Position numbers and translations under genes: made by a program
Shown: one piece after another, positions 49,966 to 59,954 of the stretch
How positions within the stretch are numbered: position 1 is the stretch's first letter
Layout of the letters: every line of letters begins with the position of its first letter
DNA from: an uncultured Methylomirabilota bacterium
GTDB taxonomy: Bacteria; Methylomirabilota; Methylomirabilia; Methylomirabilales; 2-02-FULL-66-22
Assembly (NCBI GenBank): GCA_963705305.1
Contig: OY970067.1
Coordinates: 704,001-768,000 of the forward strand
Length of the DNA stretch: 64,000 nucleotides
Direction: 5' to 3'
The notes under the pieces: generated by a model
What the model was told of the DNA's origin: nothing
What the model saw: the letters and a program-made list of their open reading frames with translations, nothing else
The model's database searches: none

Positions 49966-50178
49966 ACAGGATGGATACAGGGGACGGCCACGGATTGCAT
50001 CATGTGCCCACATCCCCCTTCACTGACCAGTTGAGGTAATCAAGGGGAACCAGGCGGGTACCACACACGACCTCCCACCCGGCCAAGACGGACGAACAGG
50101 GGCGGGGAAAAGAATCTCCTTCTGGCCGTGGAGATCGGCTCCGACCAGATGGGCCTCGCCGAATGCGGAGGGCGTCCC

Positions 50179-51441
50179 TCAGGCCAGGGCAGCCGCCGGG
50201 TCCCCGCCGCTCCCGCCTCCTGGCAGCACCAGCCCGGCATAGCGGATGGGCCGGGCGGGGTCGAACCGCGGAAGCGCGGAGAGCGGGCGCCCCTGGCGGA
50301 TCAGCATTGCGATCGGGCCCGCGTCGGACACGTCGCCCACCAGGACGGCCCCGACCAACCGGTCGCCCGCGATCACGAGCTTGCGGTAGACGCCAGCCCG
50401 CCCCCGCACGGCGGCCCGCGCCTTGGCATCCGGCGCCTCGATCATCCCGATCGAGGCCACCGCCAGGCCGAATGACTCCATTACGTTCATCTTGAGGGCC
50501 CCGGCGGTTGGCCGGGACAGCCCCAGCATGTTGGCACCAGCCATCTCGCCCTGCGCCACGGCTTCACACCACGTCCCGGCGATCGTCTTTTTCCCCCGCT
50601 CGAGTAGATCGGGGGCCTCGGCGCAATCCCCGGCCGCGAAGATCTCCGGCCGGCTCGTACAGAGGTACGGGTCGACCAGGATGCCGCGACCGGTCGCCAG
50701 CCCGCTCACCTGGGCCAGCTCGGTGCGCGCCCGGATTCCCTTGGCGAGGATTACGAGGTCTGCCGGCAGCTCGTCGCCGGCCGCGGTCACCACGGCGCGG
50801 ACGCGGCCGTTCCGGCCCACGATGCGCGCGGCGTCGGTGTGCAGGAGCACGCGCACCCCGGCGGCCGCCAGGCGCTGCTGGACGAGCGCCGCGCCGCCTT
50901 CGTCCATCATGCGCGAGAGCAACCGCCCCGACGAGACCGCGATGGACACCGCGAGGCCCAGCTTGACCAGCGCGCGGACCACGAGGAGGCAGATGAGCCC
51001 GCCGCCCAGAATCACCGCCTGGCGGGCACCCGGGAGGTGCTCCCGGATCCGGAGCGCGTCGGCCATGGTCTTGAGGGGAAAAACCCCGGGCGTCTCGATC
51101 CCATCGCAGGCGGGGATGGTGGCATGCGACCCTGTCGCCAGCAGGAGCCGGTCGAAGGGCAGGCTCGTCCCGTCATCGAGCCCGACCGCCGAGGCGTCGA
51201 TCTGCACGGCCCGGCGGCCCAGCAGGATCCGCGCGCCCATCCGCTGAACATAATCGGGCGGGCGAAGCGCTAGGTCGCGGCGCTCCCCGCTCAGCAGGTA
51301 GGGCAGCATCACCCGCGAGTAGGCGGGGATGGGCTCGTCCGAGACCAGCGTGACCGGGCACTGGCCACCCAGGCGCCGGATGCTCTCCAGCGCTGCGAGG
51401 CCGGCGGCGCTGTTGCCGACAATGACGATTCGCGGCGACAT
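50179..51441 (-). CDS. FAD-dependent pyridine nucleotide-disulfide oxidoreductase (AorC-like)
   Basis: GNSAAG, LLATGS, GGGLI, IFAAGD. Confidence 0.85.
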   Translation of the reverse strand: MSPRIVIVGNSAAGLAALESIRRLGGQCPVTLVSDEPIPAYSRVMLPYLLSGERRDLALRPPDYVQRMGARILLGRRAVQIDASAVGLDDGTSLPFDRLLLATGSHATIPACDGIETPGVFPLKTMADALRIREHLPGARQAVILGGGLICLLVVRALVKLGLAVSIAVSSGRLLSRMMDEGGAALVQQRLAAAGVRVLLHTDAARIVGRNGRVRAVVTAAGDELPADLVILAKGIRARTELAQVSGLATGRGILVDPYLCTSRPEIFAAGDCAEAPDLLERGKKTIAGTWCEAVAQGEMAGANMLGLSRPTAGALKMNVMESFGLAVASIGMIEAPDAKARAAVRGRAGVYRKLVIAGDRLVGAVLVGDVSDAGPIAMLIRQGRPLSALPRFDPARPIRYAGLVLPGGGSGGDPAAALA

Positions 51442-51486
51442 CGGAACTCCTTGCCCGGGCGGCCCGTCACCGGGCTCCGCGGGCGG

Positions 51487-51954
51487 CTATCCCTTGGCCG
51501 CCTCGGCCACTCGCCGCGCAAACTCGCGCCCCTTGGGGACCCCGGCCAGGGCTGACTCCCGGAACTCGAGGGCGCCGGCGATGCAGAAGCGCACGCACTC
51601 CGGGTCCCCGCCACAGGTGTCGCACTTGGCGATCACGCGTGCCGCGGGGTCGAAGGCGATCACCCCGAAGGGGCAGACGAGCATGCACATGCGGCAGCCG
51701 ATGCACGCCTCCTTCACGAAGCGCACGAGGCCGTCGCCCTGCTGGAGGGCGTTCGCCGGGCAGACCTTGACGCAGGGGGCGTCTGCACACTGGAAGCAGG
51801 CGAGAGGGATGTGTCTGAACTCCTCGGCAAAGACATAGACCTTGATGCGGCTCTGCGTCGGGGCGAAGGCGCCGGTCGCCTGGAGTGAGCACGCCATCTC
51901 GCAGAGGCGGCAGTTCGTGCACTTGGCGGGATCGACGACCAGCATGCGGCTCAT
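51487..51954 (-). CDS. 4x[4Fe-4S] electron-transfer protein (AorA-like)
   Basis: 16 Cys in four ferredoxin-type motifs; ATGA overlap with the upstream AOR gene. Confidence 0.9.
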   Translation of the reverse strand: MSRMLVVDPAKCTNCRLCEMACSLQATGAFAPTQSRIKVYVFAEEFRHIPLACFQCADAPCVKVCPANALQQGDGLVRFVKEACIGCRMCMLVCPFGVIAFDPAARVIAKCDTCGGDPECVRFCIAGALEFRESALAGVPKGREFARRVAEAAKG

Positions 51955-53861
51955 CGGCCGCCTCCTTTCGGAGCGAGCTGTTGCACCACGTCCTCCAGCC
52001 CCAGCTCCCGGAGCTTGGATGCGGTGGGCGCGCCGCGCTCGGTCCACCCGCGGACCCGGTAGTACGCCTGGAGCGCGGTCGAGAACTCCTGGTCGGTGAA
52101 GATCCGGCCGCGGGACGCGCCCTCGCGCAGGCTCCGGGACAGCTTCGCCGGCAGCCGGTCGTCGGGGGGACCGCCGCTCTCCCGCAGAGTGAATGCCCGC
52201 GCGAGGTTGTAGGCCCGCTCGCCGATCGCCATCTCTTCGTCGAGGGAGAGGTCCTGCCAGCCCGTGGCCGCCGCGAGCATACCGGTGATCTCGTCACAGT
52301 TATGCAGCCCCCCGACCGCAAGGCTCATGAACGAGCAGAGGGGGAGCGAGTTGATGAAGGACGTGTAGTCCTCCGCCAGGCGCACCACCCGGGGCTTGCC
52401 ATCGAGCGCGAAGCGGTCCATGGCCTCGGTGACGCCCAGTTCGGGCCAGGCGCCGGGGCCGGCGACCATTGGGTCGTGAAAGCCCTCCATGTGGTCCGCG
52501 CCGCGCGGCGCCGTGGCGTACGAGAGGCCGAGCCCCTTCTTGCCGCGGGCCTCGTGCATGCCCAGCTCGAGGCCCTTGACTTCCACGGCGAGCTCCGAGG
52601 CCCCGCGGCCGATCCTGGCAGCCGCCCGGCGCGTGCCCTCCGCGAGGAGGTCACCGACCCCCTCGCGCCGGGCGATCAGGTCGAGCAACCGGACCATGGC
52701 CGCTGCATCGCCCCAGGGGAGCGGGAAGCCGATCTCCTTCTCCCTGAGCAGCCCTTGCTCGAAGCACTCCATGGCGAAGGCAATGACCGAGCCGGCGCTG
52801 ATCGTGTCCAGGCCATACGCGTTACACTTCTGGTTGAGCAGCGCGATGGCCTGGAGGTTCCGGTTGTCGCAGAGGGAGCCGAAGGCCGCCACGGTTTCGT
52901 ATTCGGGCCCGCCATACTCAGGCTGGACACCGGCGAAGGGGCCGTCACTGACCCGGACCACCCGCGTGCAGCCGACGGGACAGGCCTCGCAGGCGCGGTG
53001 CCCGAGGAGGATGGTGTTCCGCATGGCGGTGCCGCTGATCCGGTCGGCGGCCTCCCAGGCGCCGCTCTCCCAGTTCCGGGTCGGCAGGATGCCCAGGCTG
53101 GACAGGTCCTCGACACCGCCCGCGGTGCCAAGCTGGCTGAGGCTGCCAGGGCCTCCTACCAGCCCTGGGTGCTGCCGGATCTTGGCGAGGTTGGCCAGGG
53201 CGTGGTCTCGGAACCCCCTCGGATCGGCCACGGTGACCCGGCCGGTCCCGCGAATGGCGATCGCCTTGAGGTTTTTCGCGCCCATCACGGCCCCCAGCCC
53301 TGTGCGCCCCGCCGCACGGTCGGTGTCGTTCATGATGCAGGCGAAGCGAACGCCGTTCTCCCCGGCCAGGCCGACGCTCACGATCCGGGCTTCGGGGTCG
53401 CCGACTTCTTCCTTGATCTGCTCCTCGGCCTCCAGGGTCCCTCGTCCCGTGAGATGGGAGGCCGGCCGGAACTCGGCGTGCTCGTCGGTGATGGCAAGGT
53501 AGACTTTGGCCGGGGCCCGGCCCTGCACGATGATGCCATCGTAGCCCGCATACTTGAGCTCGTGAGCCACGAAGCCGCCAGTGTAGGCCTCGCCGAAGCC
53601 GCCGGTCGCGGGGGACTTGGCGAGGACTACGTAGCGACCCGCACCGGGGGCGAAGGTTCCCGCCAAGGGGCCCATGGCAAAGACCAGCCGGTTCTCCGGC
53701 CCCAGCGGGTCACACCCCGCGGGGACCTCATCCATCAGGATGCGCGCCCCCAGGCCCCTGCCGCCCAGGTAGCGGCGCGCTCTCACCTCGTCGAGGGATT
53801 CGACCGAGGTCGTGCCCCGGTCCAGATCCACCCTGAGCAACCGTCCTGCATATCCGTCCAT
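51951..53861 (-). CDS. Tungsten aldehyde:ferredoxin oxidoreductase family protein
   Basis: LLRVDL, KSPATGG, AAGRTGLGAVMGAKNLKA, CEACPVGC, GPEYET, GLDTIS, YYRVRGW. Confidence 0.93.
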   Translation of the reverse strand: MDGYAGRLLRVDLDRGTTSVESLDEVRARRYLGGRGLGARILMDEVPAGCDPLGPENRLVFAMGPLAGTFAPGAGRYVVLAKSPATGGFGEAYTGGFVAHELKYAGYDGIIVQGRAPAKVYLAITDEHAEFRPASHLTGRGTLEAEEQIKEEVGDPEARIVSVGLAGENGVRFACIMNDTDRAAGRTGLGAVMGAKNLKAIAIRGTGRVTVADPRGFRDHALANLAKIRQHPGLVGGPGSLSQLGTAGGVEDLSSLGILPTRNWESGAWEAADRISGTAMRNTILLGHRACEACPVGCTRVVRVSDGPFAGVQPEYGGPEYETVAAFGSLCDNRNLQAIALLNQKCNAYGLDTISAGSVIAFAMECFEQGLLREKEIGFPLPWGDAAAMVRLLDLIARREGVGDLLAEGTRRAAARIGRGASELAVEVKGLELGMHEARGKKGLGLSYATAPRGADHMEGFHDPMVAGPGAWPELGVTEAMDRFALDGKPRVVRLAEDYTSFINSLPLCSFMSLAVGGLHNCDEITGMLAAATGWQDLSLDEEMAIGERAYNLARAFTLRESGGPPDDRLPAKLSRSLREGASRGRIFTDQEFSTALQAYYRVRGWTERGAPTASKLRELGLEDVVQQLAPKGGGR

Positions 53862-54116
53862 CGCCTCCGCCTTTCTCTAGTACCTCTGGCAGGCCATCAC
53901 GGGCATGCCCGCTGTCAACAGCCTCCCAACATCCAGCTCATCGCCTACTGTAAGGCGTCATGAGTACCCTCTCAGTCTTGACTGCAACGTCTCGCCTCCC
54001 TCAGCGATTCGACCGCCGACTTCCGCATCAGATAGAGCGAGGTTACGCGCGGATCTTGATGCCCGGCCGTTCAATCTGCAAACCAGGCCGCCTGCACCCA
54101 GGCCCTCCCCAGGAGG

Positions 54117-54253
54117 GCGAGCACATCCCTATTCATTCTGATCGTCCGTATGTCAGGCCTGCAGGTACAGCACACCTGCCCCCCTGTCGATGGCCTGGGT
54201 GGCCGCCAGCATCTCGTCCACGAAGGCGAGGGGTCGTTGATGATTTTCTTTAC
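54117..54253 (-). pseudogene. dhaK: Decayed dihydroxyacetone kinase K subunit remnant
   Basis: KKIINDP, a frameshift, then AFVDEMLAATQAIDRGAGVLYL: the DhaK N-terminus joined to an internal DhaK motif. Confidence 0.6.
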
Positions 54254-54284
54254 ATGATGCCTGTTCGGGGGATCGGACCCCCCA

Positions 54285-54569
54285 TCAAGGTCGCCCACCT
54301 CCACCCGCGATCGCTGGGAAAATCGCGACCGTGTCGTCAGGACAGAGGGGGGCATGGATGCCACCCTGATGCCGCGAATCGTGCCCGTTGATCACGACGA
54401 TGACGGCGTCGCCCAGATCGTCCCCCTTCAGGACCCAGCGCCGGAAGCTTGGCCCGTAGCGCGCGGACAGCGCCTGGAGCAGCTCCCGCAGGGTGGCTGC
54501 GGGCTCATCCCAGCGGATCTCCCTCGCGCCCGTGCAGCTTCGAATAGTGGCGAAGAAGAGAATCTGCAT
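54285..54569 (-). CDS. MoaD/ThiS family ubiquitin-like sulfur carrier
   Basis: FFATIR, VVINGHD, DTVAIFPAIAGG followed by GGRP. Confidence 0.85.
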   Translation of the reverse strand: MQILFFATIRSCTGAREIRWDEPAATLRELLQALSARYGPSFRRWVLKGDDLGDAVIVVINGHDSRHQGGIHAPLCPDDTVAIFPAIAGGGGRP

Positions 54570-54716
54570 AGGTGCCCTTGACCGATCCGCTCCGCCGCCG
54601 CTAGCTGGATCCTGGGCCAGTCGAAGCCCGCCACGAAGGCGGGCCCCCACTGACCCAGGACACCCGGCTCGCTTACACCCAGGAACCGCCGCGCCCCGAC
54701 CCGAGGGCGGGCCGGC

Positions 54717-56522
54717 TCATGCCAGCGCCAGCTCCTTGAGTTTCTTTTCGCTCGGAACGCCGTTCTTGTCCCAGCCGCGGAGCTGGTAGTACTCGGGCAG
54801 CATCTGCCCCAGCTTGCTGACGTACCCTTTTGCACCGCCGCTGGGAAGCGGATCCTTCAACAGGCGCTCGGGCAGCGTGTCATCCTTGGCGCTGAGCCCG
54901 GCCTTCAGGTTCCACAGCCGCTCCAGGTTCCAAATGCGCTCGCCCGCCGCGAGAAGCTCCTCGGTCGGGTATGAGACGCCGGTGAGCGTGCTCAACATCT
55001 GGGCCAGCTCGTTCACGCCGATGCCGAAGGTAGCAAAGAGGCACGCCCCCGTCGAGTCGAGGGCGGCGGTCAGGTTCTGGAAGGCGATGGCGGCCTGGGC
55101 TTTGCCCTCGGTGGTCAGGTTGTCCATCTTCACCGGGTTCCCCAGGACCTCCACCGCAATGGTGTAGCCCCGAACGTGGCAGCCGCCCCGGTTGCTGGTG
55201 GCGTACTGGAGGCCGATGCCCTGGACCGCCCGTGGGTCGTAGGCGGGCATCTCCTGCTTCTTGGCTGTCATGCTGTATTCGGGATGCCCGTAGCTCTCGG
55301 CCAGCCGGTAGGAGCCCAGGGCCAGCTTGTCCCCGAAGCCCTCCCGCAACCCGGTCTTGCGGACCATCTCCACCATGGTTTCGGCGTTGCCGAAGTTGAG
55401 CGGGATCCCGCCGGTGTCCTTGAGGGTGATGACGCCTGCCTCGTACAGGTCCATGGCGCAGGCGATGGTGGAGCCCATGGTGATGGGGTCGATCCCCAGC
55501 TCGTTGCACAGGTAATTCGCCTTGGTGATGGCCTCCAGGTCGTCGACGCCGCAGTCCGGGCCCAACGCCCAGGCCGTCTCGTATTCAGGTCCTTCGCCCG
55601 CACCCTGGTACTTCGGGTTCTTGACCTCGGTCACCCGCCCGCAGCTGATGACGCAGGCAAAGCAGCCTTTGGGGCGCAGCAGGAGATTGGCGGCCAAGGA
55701 TTCCCCGCCGACCTTGTCGGCGGTTGCAAAGGTAGCTTCGCGGAAGTTGCGGGTGGGCAGGCCTCCGGTCTGGTTCATGATGTTGATCAGCACGTCGGTC
55801 CCGTACGCCTTGAGCACCTGGCCCCCCACCGGATGGGACAGGATTTTCTCGCGGGCGGTCTTCACGGCGGCCTTGAACCCGTCGGGATCGGCGACTTTCA
55901 CCGCGCCGCCGCCCACCACCGCGACTGCCTTGAGGTTTTTGGACCCCATGACCGCGCCTACGCCGCTCCTGCCCGCGGCCCGCTGCATCTCGTTCATCAC
56001 GTTGGCGAAGAGCACCAGCCGCTCTCCGCCGGGGCCAACGCAAGCGACCTTGGCGCAGTCGTCGATTTCGGCCCGGATCATGTCGGTCGTGTCGGGGATG
56101 TCCTTCCCCCACACCTTCCCCGCGTCGCGGATTTCCACCTTGTCGTCCCAGATGGAGAGGTAGACGGGGCTGCTGGCCTTGCCCTCGACGATGAGCAGGT
56201 CGTACCCGGCGAACTTCAGCTCCGGCCCGAACTCCCCGCCCGAGTTCGAAGCGGCGATGGCGCCGGTCAGCGGACCCTTGGTGACGACGTTGTAGCGGCC
56301 TCCGGAGGGCGCGAAGGTCCCGGTGAGCGGGCCGGGCGCGAAGATCAACGTGTTCTCGGGACTAAGGGGCTCCACCCTCGGGTCCACCTCGTCGTACATG
56401 ATCTTGGTCCCCAGGCCCCGCGCCCCGATGTACTGCCTCGCCAGTTTGGGATCCAGGGGCTCCTTGCTCACGGTGCGGGTCGTCAGATTCACCCGCAGGA
56501 TCGTCCCAATCCAGCCGTACAT
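54717..56522 (-). CDS. aor: Tungsten aldehyde:ferredoxin oxidoreductase (classic AOR clade)
   Basis: [79 protein letters not shown]. Confidence 0.93.
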   Translation of the reverse strand: MYGWIGTILRVNLTTRTVSKEPLDPKLARQYIGARGLGTKIMYDEVDPRVEPLSPENTLIFAPGPLTGTFAPSGGRYNVVTKGPLTGAIAASNSGGEFGPELKFAGYDLLIVEGKASSPVYLSIWDDKVEIRDAGKVWGKDIPDTTDMIRAEIDDCAKVACVGPGGERLVLFANVMNEMQRAAGRSGVGAVMGSKNLKAVAVVGGGAVKVADPDGFKAAVKTAREKILSHPVGGQVLKAYGTDVLINIMNQTGGLPTRNFREATFATADKVGGESLAANLLLRPKGCFACVISCGRVTEVKNPKYQGAGEGPEYETAWALGPDCGVDDLEAITKANYLCNELGIDPITMGSTIACAMDLYEAGVITLKDTGGIPLNFGNAETMVEMVRKTGLREGFGDKLALGSYRLAESYGHPEYSMTAKKQEMPAYDPRAVQGIGLQYATSNRGGCHVRGYTIAVEVLGNPVKMDNLTTEGKAQAAIAFQNLTAALDSTGACLFATFGIGVNELAQMLSTLTGVSYPTEELLAAGERIWNLERLWNLKAGLSAKDDTLPERLLKDPLPSGGAKGYVSKLGQMLPEYYQLRGWDKNGVPSEKKLKELALA

Positions 56523-56534
56523 GGGAATCACCTC

Positions 56535-57002
56535 CTAAAAGGCTTCCTTGAACTTGGCTGCGAACGCCTTCTTGCGCGAGCGGGTTGCGAGCGTATCTTC
56601 GGTGAACTCCAGCGCCTTGTTCGGGCAGAAGGCGACACATTCGGGCTCGCCGTTGCAGGTGTCACATTTGAAGAGGCTGTTGCTCAGGGTATCGTACACG
56701 ACATTCCCGAAGGGGCAGGCCTGGACGCACATGCGGCAGCGGATGCATTGCTTGGCCTCCCATTCCACCAGTCCACTCGCGCTGTTACGCCGCATGGCGC
56801 CGGGGACGCAGACGCTGACACAGGGGGCGGGATCGCAGTGCTGGCACATCATCGGCACGGAGATCCCCTCCCGCTCCCAGGTGAAGACGTGCACCCGCGC
56901 GGCGCGCGGCCGGAACTGGCTCTCTTTCGTGAAGGCGCAGGCCAGCTCGCAGCTCCGACACCCAGTACACTTGTTTGGATGGATCATCAGGACATTGGTC
57001 AT
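56535..57002 (-). CDS. 4x[4Fe-4S] electron-transfer protein (AorA-like)
   Basis: 16 Cys in four motifs; AAGGAGG RBS; directly upstream of aor. Confidence 0.9.
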   Translation of the reverse strand: MTNVLMIHPNKCTGCRSCELACAFTKESQFRPRAARVHVFTWEREGISVPMMCQHCDPAPCVSVCVPGAMRRNSASGLVEWEAKQCIRCRMCVQACPFGNVVYDTLSNSLFKCDTCNGEPECVAFCPNKALEFTEDTLATRSRKKAFAAKFKEAF

Positions 57003-57242
57003 CGCTGCCTCCTTTCCTGTTCGGCTCAAGGACCAGCCTTTTGGGCCAGCGTCTCCCTTCCCCCGCAGGAATACCGGGACATACACGAGGTGGTAGGGAC
57101 GAACACAGAAGGATGCACGAGGAGCGGACGGATGGGGAGGAGCGAGTACGGCGAGCCGCTTGCCAGAGTCAGGTCCCAAGAGCTATCCCGGGCCGACCTC
57201 ATGGAGCCTCCTCCGTCGTTACCAGGAGGGGCAACCGACTGA

Positions 57243-57281
57243 AGGTTACTCCTGAGCCGCTCGGCCTGTCAAGAAGGCCGA
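57243..57281 (-). promoter_or_regulatory. Putative sigma70 promoter of the AOR operon with an inverted repeat around the -35
   Basis: TTGACA (57272-57267), 18 nt, TAACCT (57248-57243); TCGGCC...GGCCGA arms flank the -35. Confidence 0.45.
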
Positions 57282-57488
57282 TACCCTGCTCACAAGGCTG
57301 GTCGGACGTACCGACTTTCAGTGGGAAGTGCGGGGCGGAGTCTCATCGGGGCGCTGGATCCTGTGGGGTGTTGGGCCGATCCTCAACTCGACAGGGCTGT
57401 TCGGGACACGGCACTCGCGCCCGCGCGCAATTTCGCTGGCGGGGGGGCATCTTCGAAAAAATCCCCCCACCTAGGCGCCAGGGGAAAA

Positions 57489-57516
57489 TTCGAATTTCGA
57501 AGTTCGAATTTCGAAG
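57489..57516. repeat. Heptamer tandem repeat (TTCGAA-N)x4
   Basis: TTCGAA at 57489, 57496, 57503 and 57510. Confidence 0.8.
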
Positions 57517-57595
57517 TTGAAGTGGGGCCTTGGCGTCATGACGGTAGAGCGGTTCTTTCGCCTCAGGGTTAATTCGCAGGGTTCCCTGCCGGGTA

Positions 57596-58630
57596 TCATA
57601 ATTGCCAAAAGGCCGTCAACATGGCCTCGGCATTCGCCAGGGGGACGTCGGTGCCGACCTGGCCGTAGCCGACGTAGCCTCCCGCCGGCCGGCTGAAGGC
57701 CCGGCCCAGTCGCTGGACGTAGGCGGTGACCTCCGGCGGTGTCCCGAAGGGCAGGGTGTACTGCCGGTCCATGTCTGCCCGGAAGCAGACCCGGCCGCCG
57801 AACCGCCGCCCCACGTCTTCGATGTCCATGCAGGACATCTGGGGGTTCAGCTCGTTGAAGCCGATTTCGATGAGGTCGTCCATGATTTCGTGGGTAACGC
57901 CGTCGGTGTGCAGGTGGGCGAAGCACCCCCCGCTGCGGATGGCCGCTACGATCTTCGCGTAGGCCGGCTTGTAGATCTTGCGCCAGTGGCCGGGTTTGAT
58001 CATCAATGCCTGCTGGGTCCCCCAGTCGTCGTTGACCAGGATCCCGTCGATGTGCTCCCGCTGCCGGAGGAGGAGCTCCACCCGTTTCAGCAGAAATTCG
58101 GTGATGCGGTCCCGGAGGAAGCACATCTCGGGGCAATCCTCCACCACATCCACCAGGGAGTTCTCGAAGCCGCGGAGCCAGTTGGTGAGGTGCCAGAGGG
58201 TCCCCACCTCGATCAGGGCGTAATGCCGGTGGCCATCCGCCTTCACCGCCGCCACGAGCTCTTCGAGCCCCTGGATCCCCACGGCGGGCTCCGGCCACTT
58301 GAAGCCGTCGAGCTTCTCCCACTCATCCAGCGGGTGGCCGAACACCTGCCCCAGGTGGTCGTCGGTCAGGCTGTCCCAGACGCAGCCCCACTCATCCTTC
58401 ACCCCGCGCAGCGCCCCGCTCCCCTCCGCCACGCCGCGCTTGAACGCGAACCAGGCCCGGGTGGAGGGCGAGAGCAGCACGTCGCTGGGGTAGCGAGCGT
58501 ACAGCTCCTCCAGAGGCCTGCCCAGCTTACGAAATGCTCCGGGGATGGTGCGGTGCATGACGGGCACGCGGTCCGGCCCGGCGAAGGTGATGGCCCGCCT
58601 ATACCGCTCGCGGCTATTCATCTCGCCCAT
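57596..58630 (-). CDS. Uroporphyrinogen decarboxylase-family (URO-D/MtaA-like) TIM barrel protein
   Basis: MNSRER..PDRVP, DEWG..W, LRGFEN, DDWGTQ, HTDG, LPFGTPPEV. Confidence 0.85.
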   Translation of the reverse strand: MGEMNSRERYRRAITFAGPDRVPVMHRTIPGAFRKLGRPLEELYARYPSDVLLSPSTRAWFAFKRGVAEGSGALRGVKDEWGCVWDSLTDDHLGQVFGHPLDEWEKLDGFKWPEPAVGIQGLEELVAAVKADGHRHYALIEVGTLWHLTNWLRGFENSLVDVVEDCPEMCFLRDRITEFLLKRVELLLRQREHIDGILVNDDWGTQQALMIKPGHWRKIYKPAYAKIVAAIRSGGCFAHLHTDGVTHEIMDDLIEIGFNELNPQMSCMDIEDVGRRFGGRVCFRADMDRQYTLPFGTPPEVTAYVQRLGRAFSRPAGGYVGYGQVGTDVPLANAEAMLTAFWQL

Positions 58631-58724
58631 TTCTCTCTCCTCGGCCTCGGTACCCCCCGGGCCACGCCTCGGAGCTCCGCCTCCGCTGGGCCAGGATTTC
58701 CGGTCAGATCGGCCCCGTGACGCA

Positions 58725-59747
58725 TTACCCCTTGTACTCCTGGATCTTCTCCCGCAGCTCCTTCGTCCATATCTTGTCGTACTTCTCGTAGAGCGGCTTC
58801 ATGGCCGCGCGGAAGGCGGCCCGGTCGGGCTCGATGACGGTCATCCCGTGCCCCTTGAGCTGTTCCAGCATCTTGCCTTCCTGGGCGGTCAGGTACTCGA
58901 AGAACCAGTCCATTGCCTCCTGGGCGGATTCGTTCAGGGCGGCCTGGTACTCTTTCGGTTGCTGCTGATACAGCCTCTCGTTGAAGATGATGGATCCGCA
59001 CTGGATGATGTGGGCCGTCTGGATCAGGTACTTCTGGACCTCGTAAAACCGGTTGGACAGGATCTGGGCGTAGGGGTTTTCCTGTCCCTCGATGATCCCC
59101 GTCTGAAGCCCCATGAAGACTTCGGCCATGGGGACGGGCGTGGGGGTGGCCCCCCAGGCGGCCACCATGTCGCGATATACGGGGATCTCGGGCACGCGAA
59201 TCTTGAGGCCCTTGAGATCGGCCGGCTCTTTGGCCGGGGTGTTTTTGGTGGTCAGATGCCGGGTGCCGATGTAACCGACCGCCAGGGCCCGAAAGCCCTT
59301 CTTGATGACCGGACTGTACAGCAGGTTGAGGATACTCGGATCGCGAACGGCCTTTTGCAGTTGATACCGATCTTTCCAGATGAAGGGTGCGCTCAGGATA
59401 TTGAGGGCCTGATTGAAGGAGGCATACTCCGAGGGGTCGACATAGTAGGATTCGAGCGTGCCGATGGCCACCCCTTCGGGGGCCGTCCGGCCGCTGCCCA
59501 AGACGCCGCCCCCATGGACCTGAACCTCGAAGGCTCCGCCTGTCTTCTCGGCCAAGCTCTTTCCCCACCGGGTCAGCAGTTCCGTGGCCGGATGCTCGGG
59601 CGCCAGCGTGTGTCCCGTGCGGATGATGGTGACCTTCTTGGCCTGGGCCGCCGCCACTCCCGGCACGGAGGTCGCTACCATGCCCCCCGCCGCTAAGATC
59701 TTCAGGAAGGTGCGTCGATCGTGCCCGCCTGCCAACCGCTTGCCCAT
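58725..59747 (-). CDS. dctP: TRAP substrate-binding protein DctP (Tat signal)
   Basis: DRRTFLK; GTRHLT, KGLKIRVP, IEGQENP, FYEVQKY. Confidence 0.92.
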   Translation of the reverse strand: MGKRLAGGHDRRTFLKILAAGGMVATSVPGVAAAQAKKVTIIRTGHTLAPEHPATELLTRWGKSLAEKTGGAFEVQVHGGGVLGSGRTAPEGVAIGTLESYYVDPSEYASFNQALNILSAPFIWKDRYQLQKAVRDPSILNLLYSPVIKKGFRALAVGYIGTRHLTTKNTPAKEPADLKGLKIRVPEIPVYRDMVAAWGATPTPVPMAEVFMGLQTGIIEGQENPYAQILSNRFYEVQKYLIQTAHIIQCGSIIFNERLYQQQPKEYQAALNESAQEAMDWFFEYLTAQEGKMLEQLKGHGMTVIEPDRAAFRAAMKPLYEKYDKIWTKELREKIQEYKG

Positions 59748-59954
59748 CGTTCTCCCTCTCCTTTCCGCCTCTTCACGAAGTGTTGAGGGCCCCGCGCAAT
59801 TGTCGTTACAACGAAAGAGGGACGCCGCCTGTTGTCTCGACCGGAAAACAAGCCCCAGACTTGGGCTTCGAAGCTCTTCGTACCCCGGGCATTCCAGGTG
59901 AAGCGGAGCCGGCGAACACCATTCGGGACGGGCGCACCAGAGGTGTCGTTCGCG

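Noticed and set aside
57003..57330. Moco/Wco riboswitch or sigma54 promoter upstream of the AOR operon
   Set aside because: No Moco-RNA consensus elements seen; TGGCA-N6-TCGC near 57151-57165 is only a partial sigma54 match and no activator gene is nearby
57596..58630. Calling this gene hemE
   Set aside because: Lacks the HemE WxMRQAGR motif and a heme-pathway context
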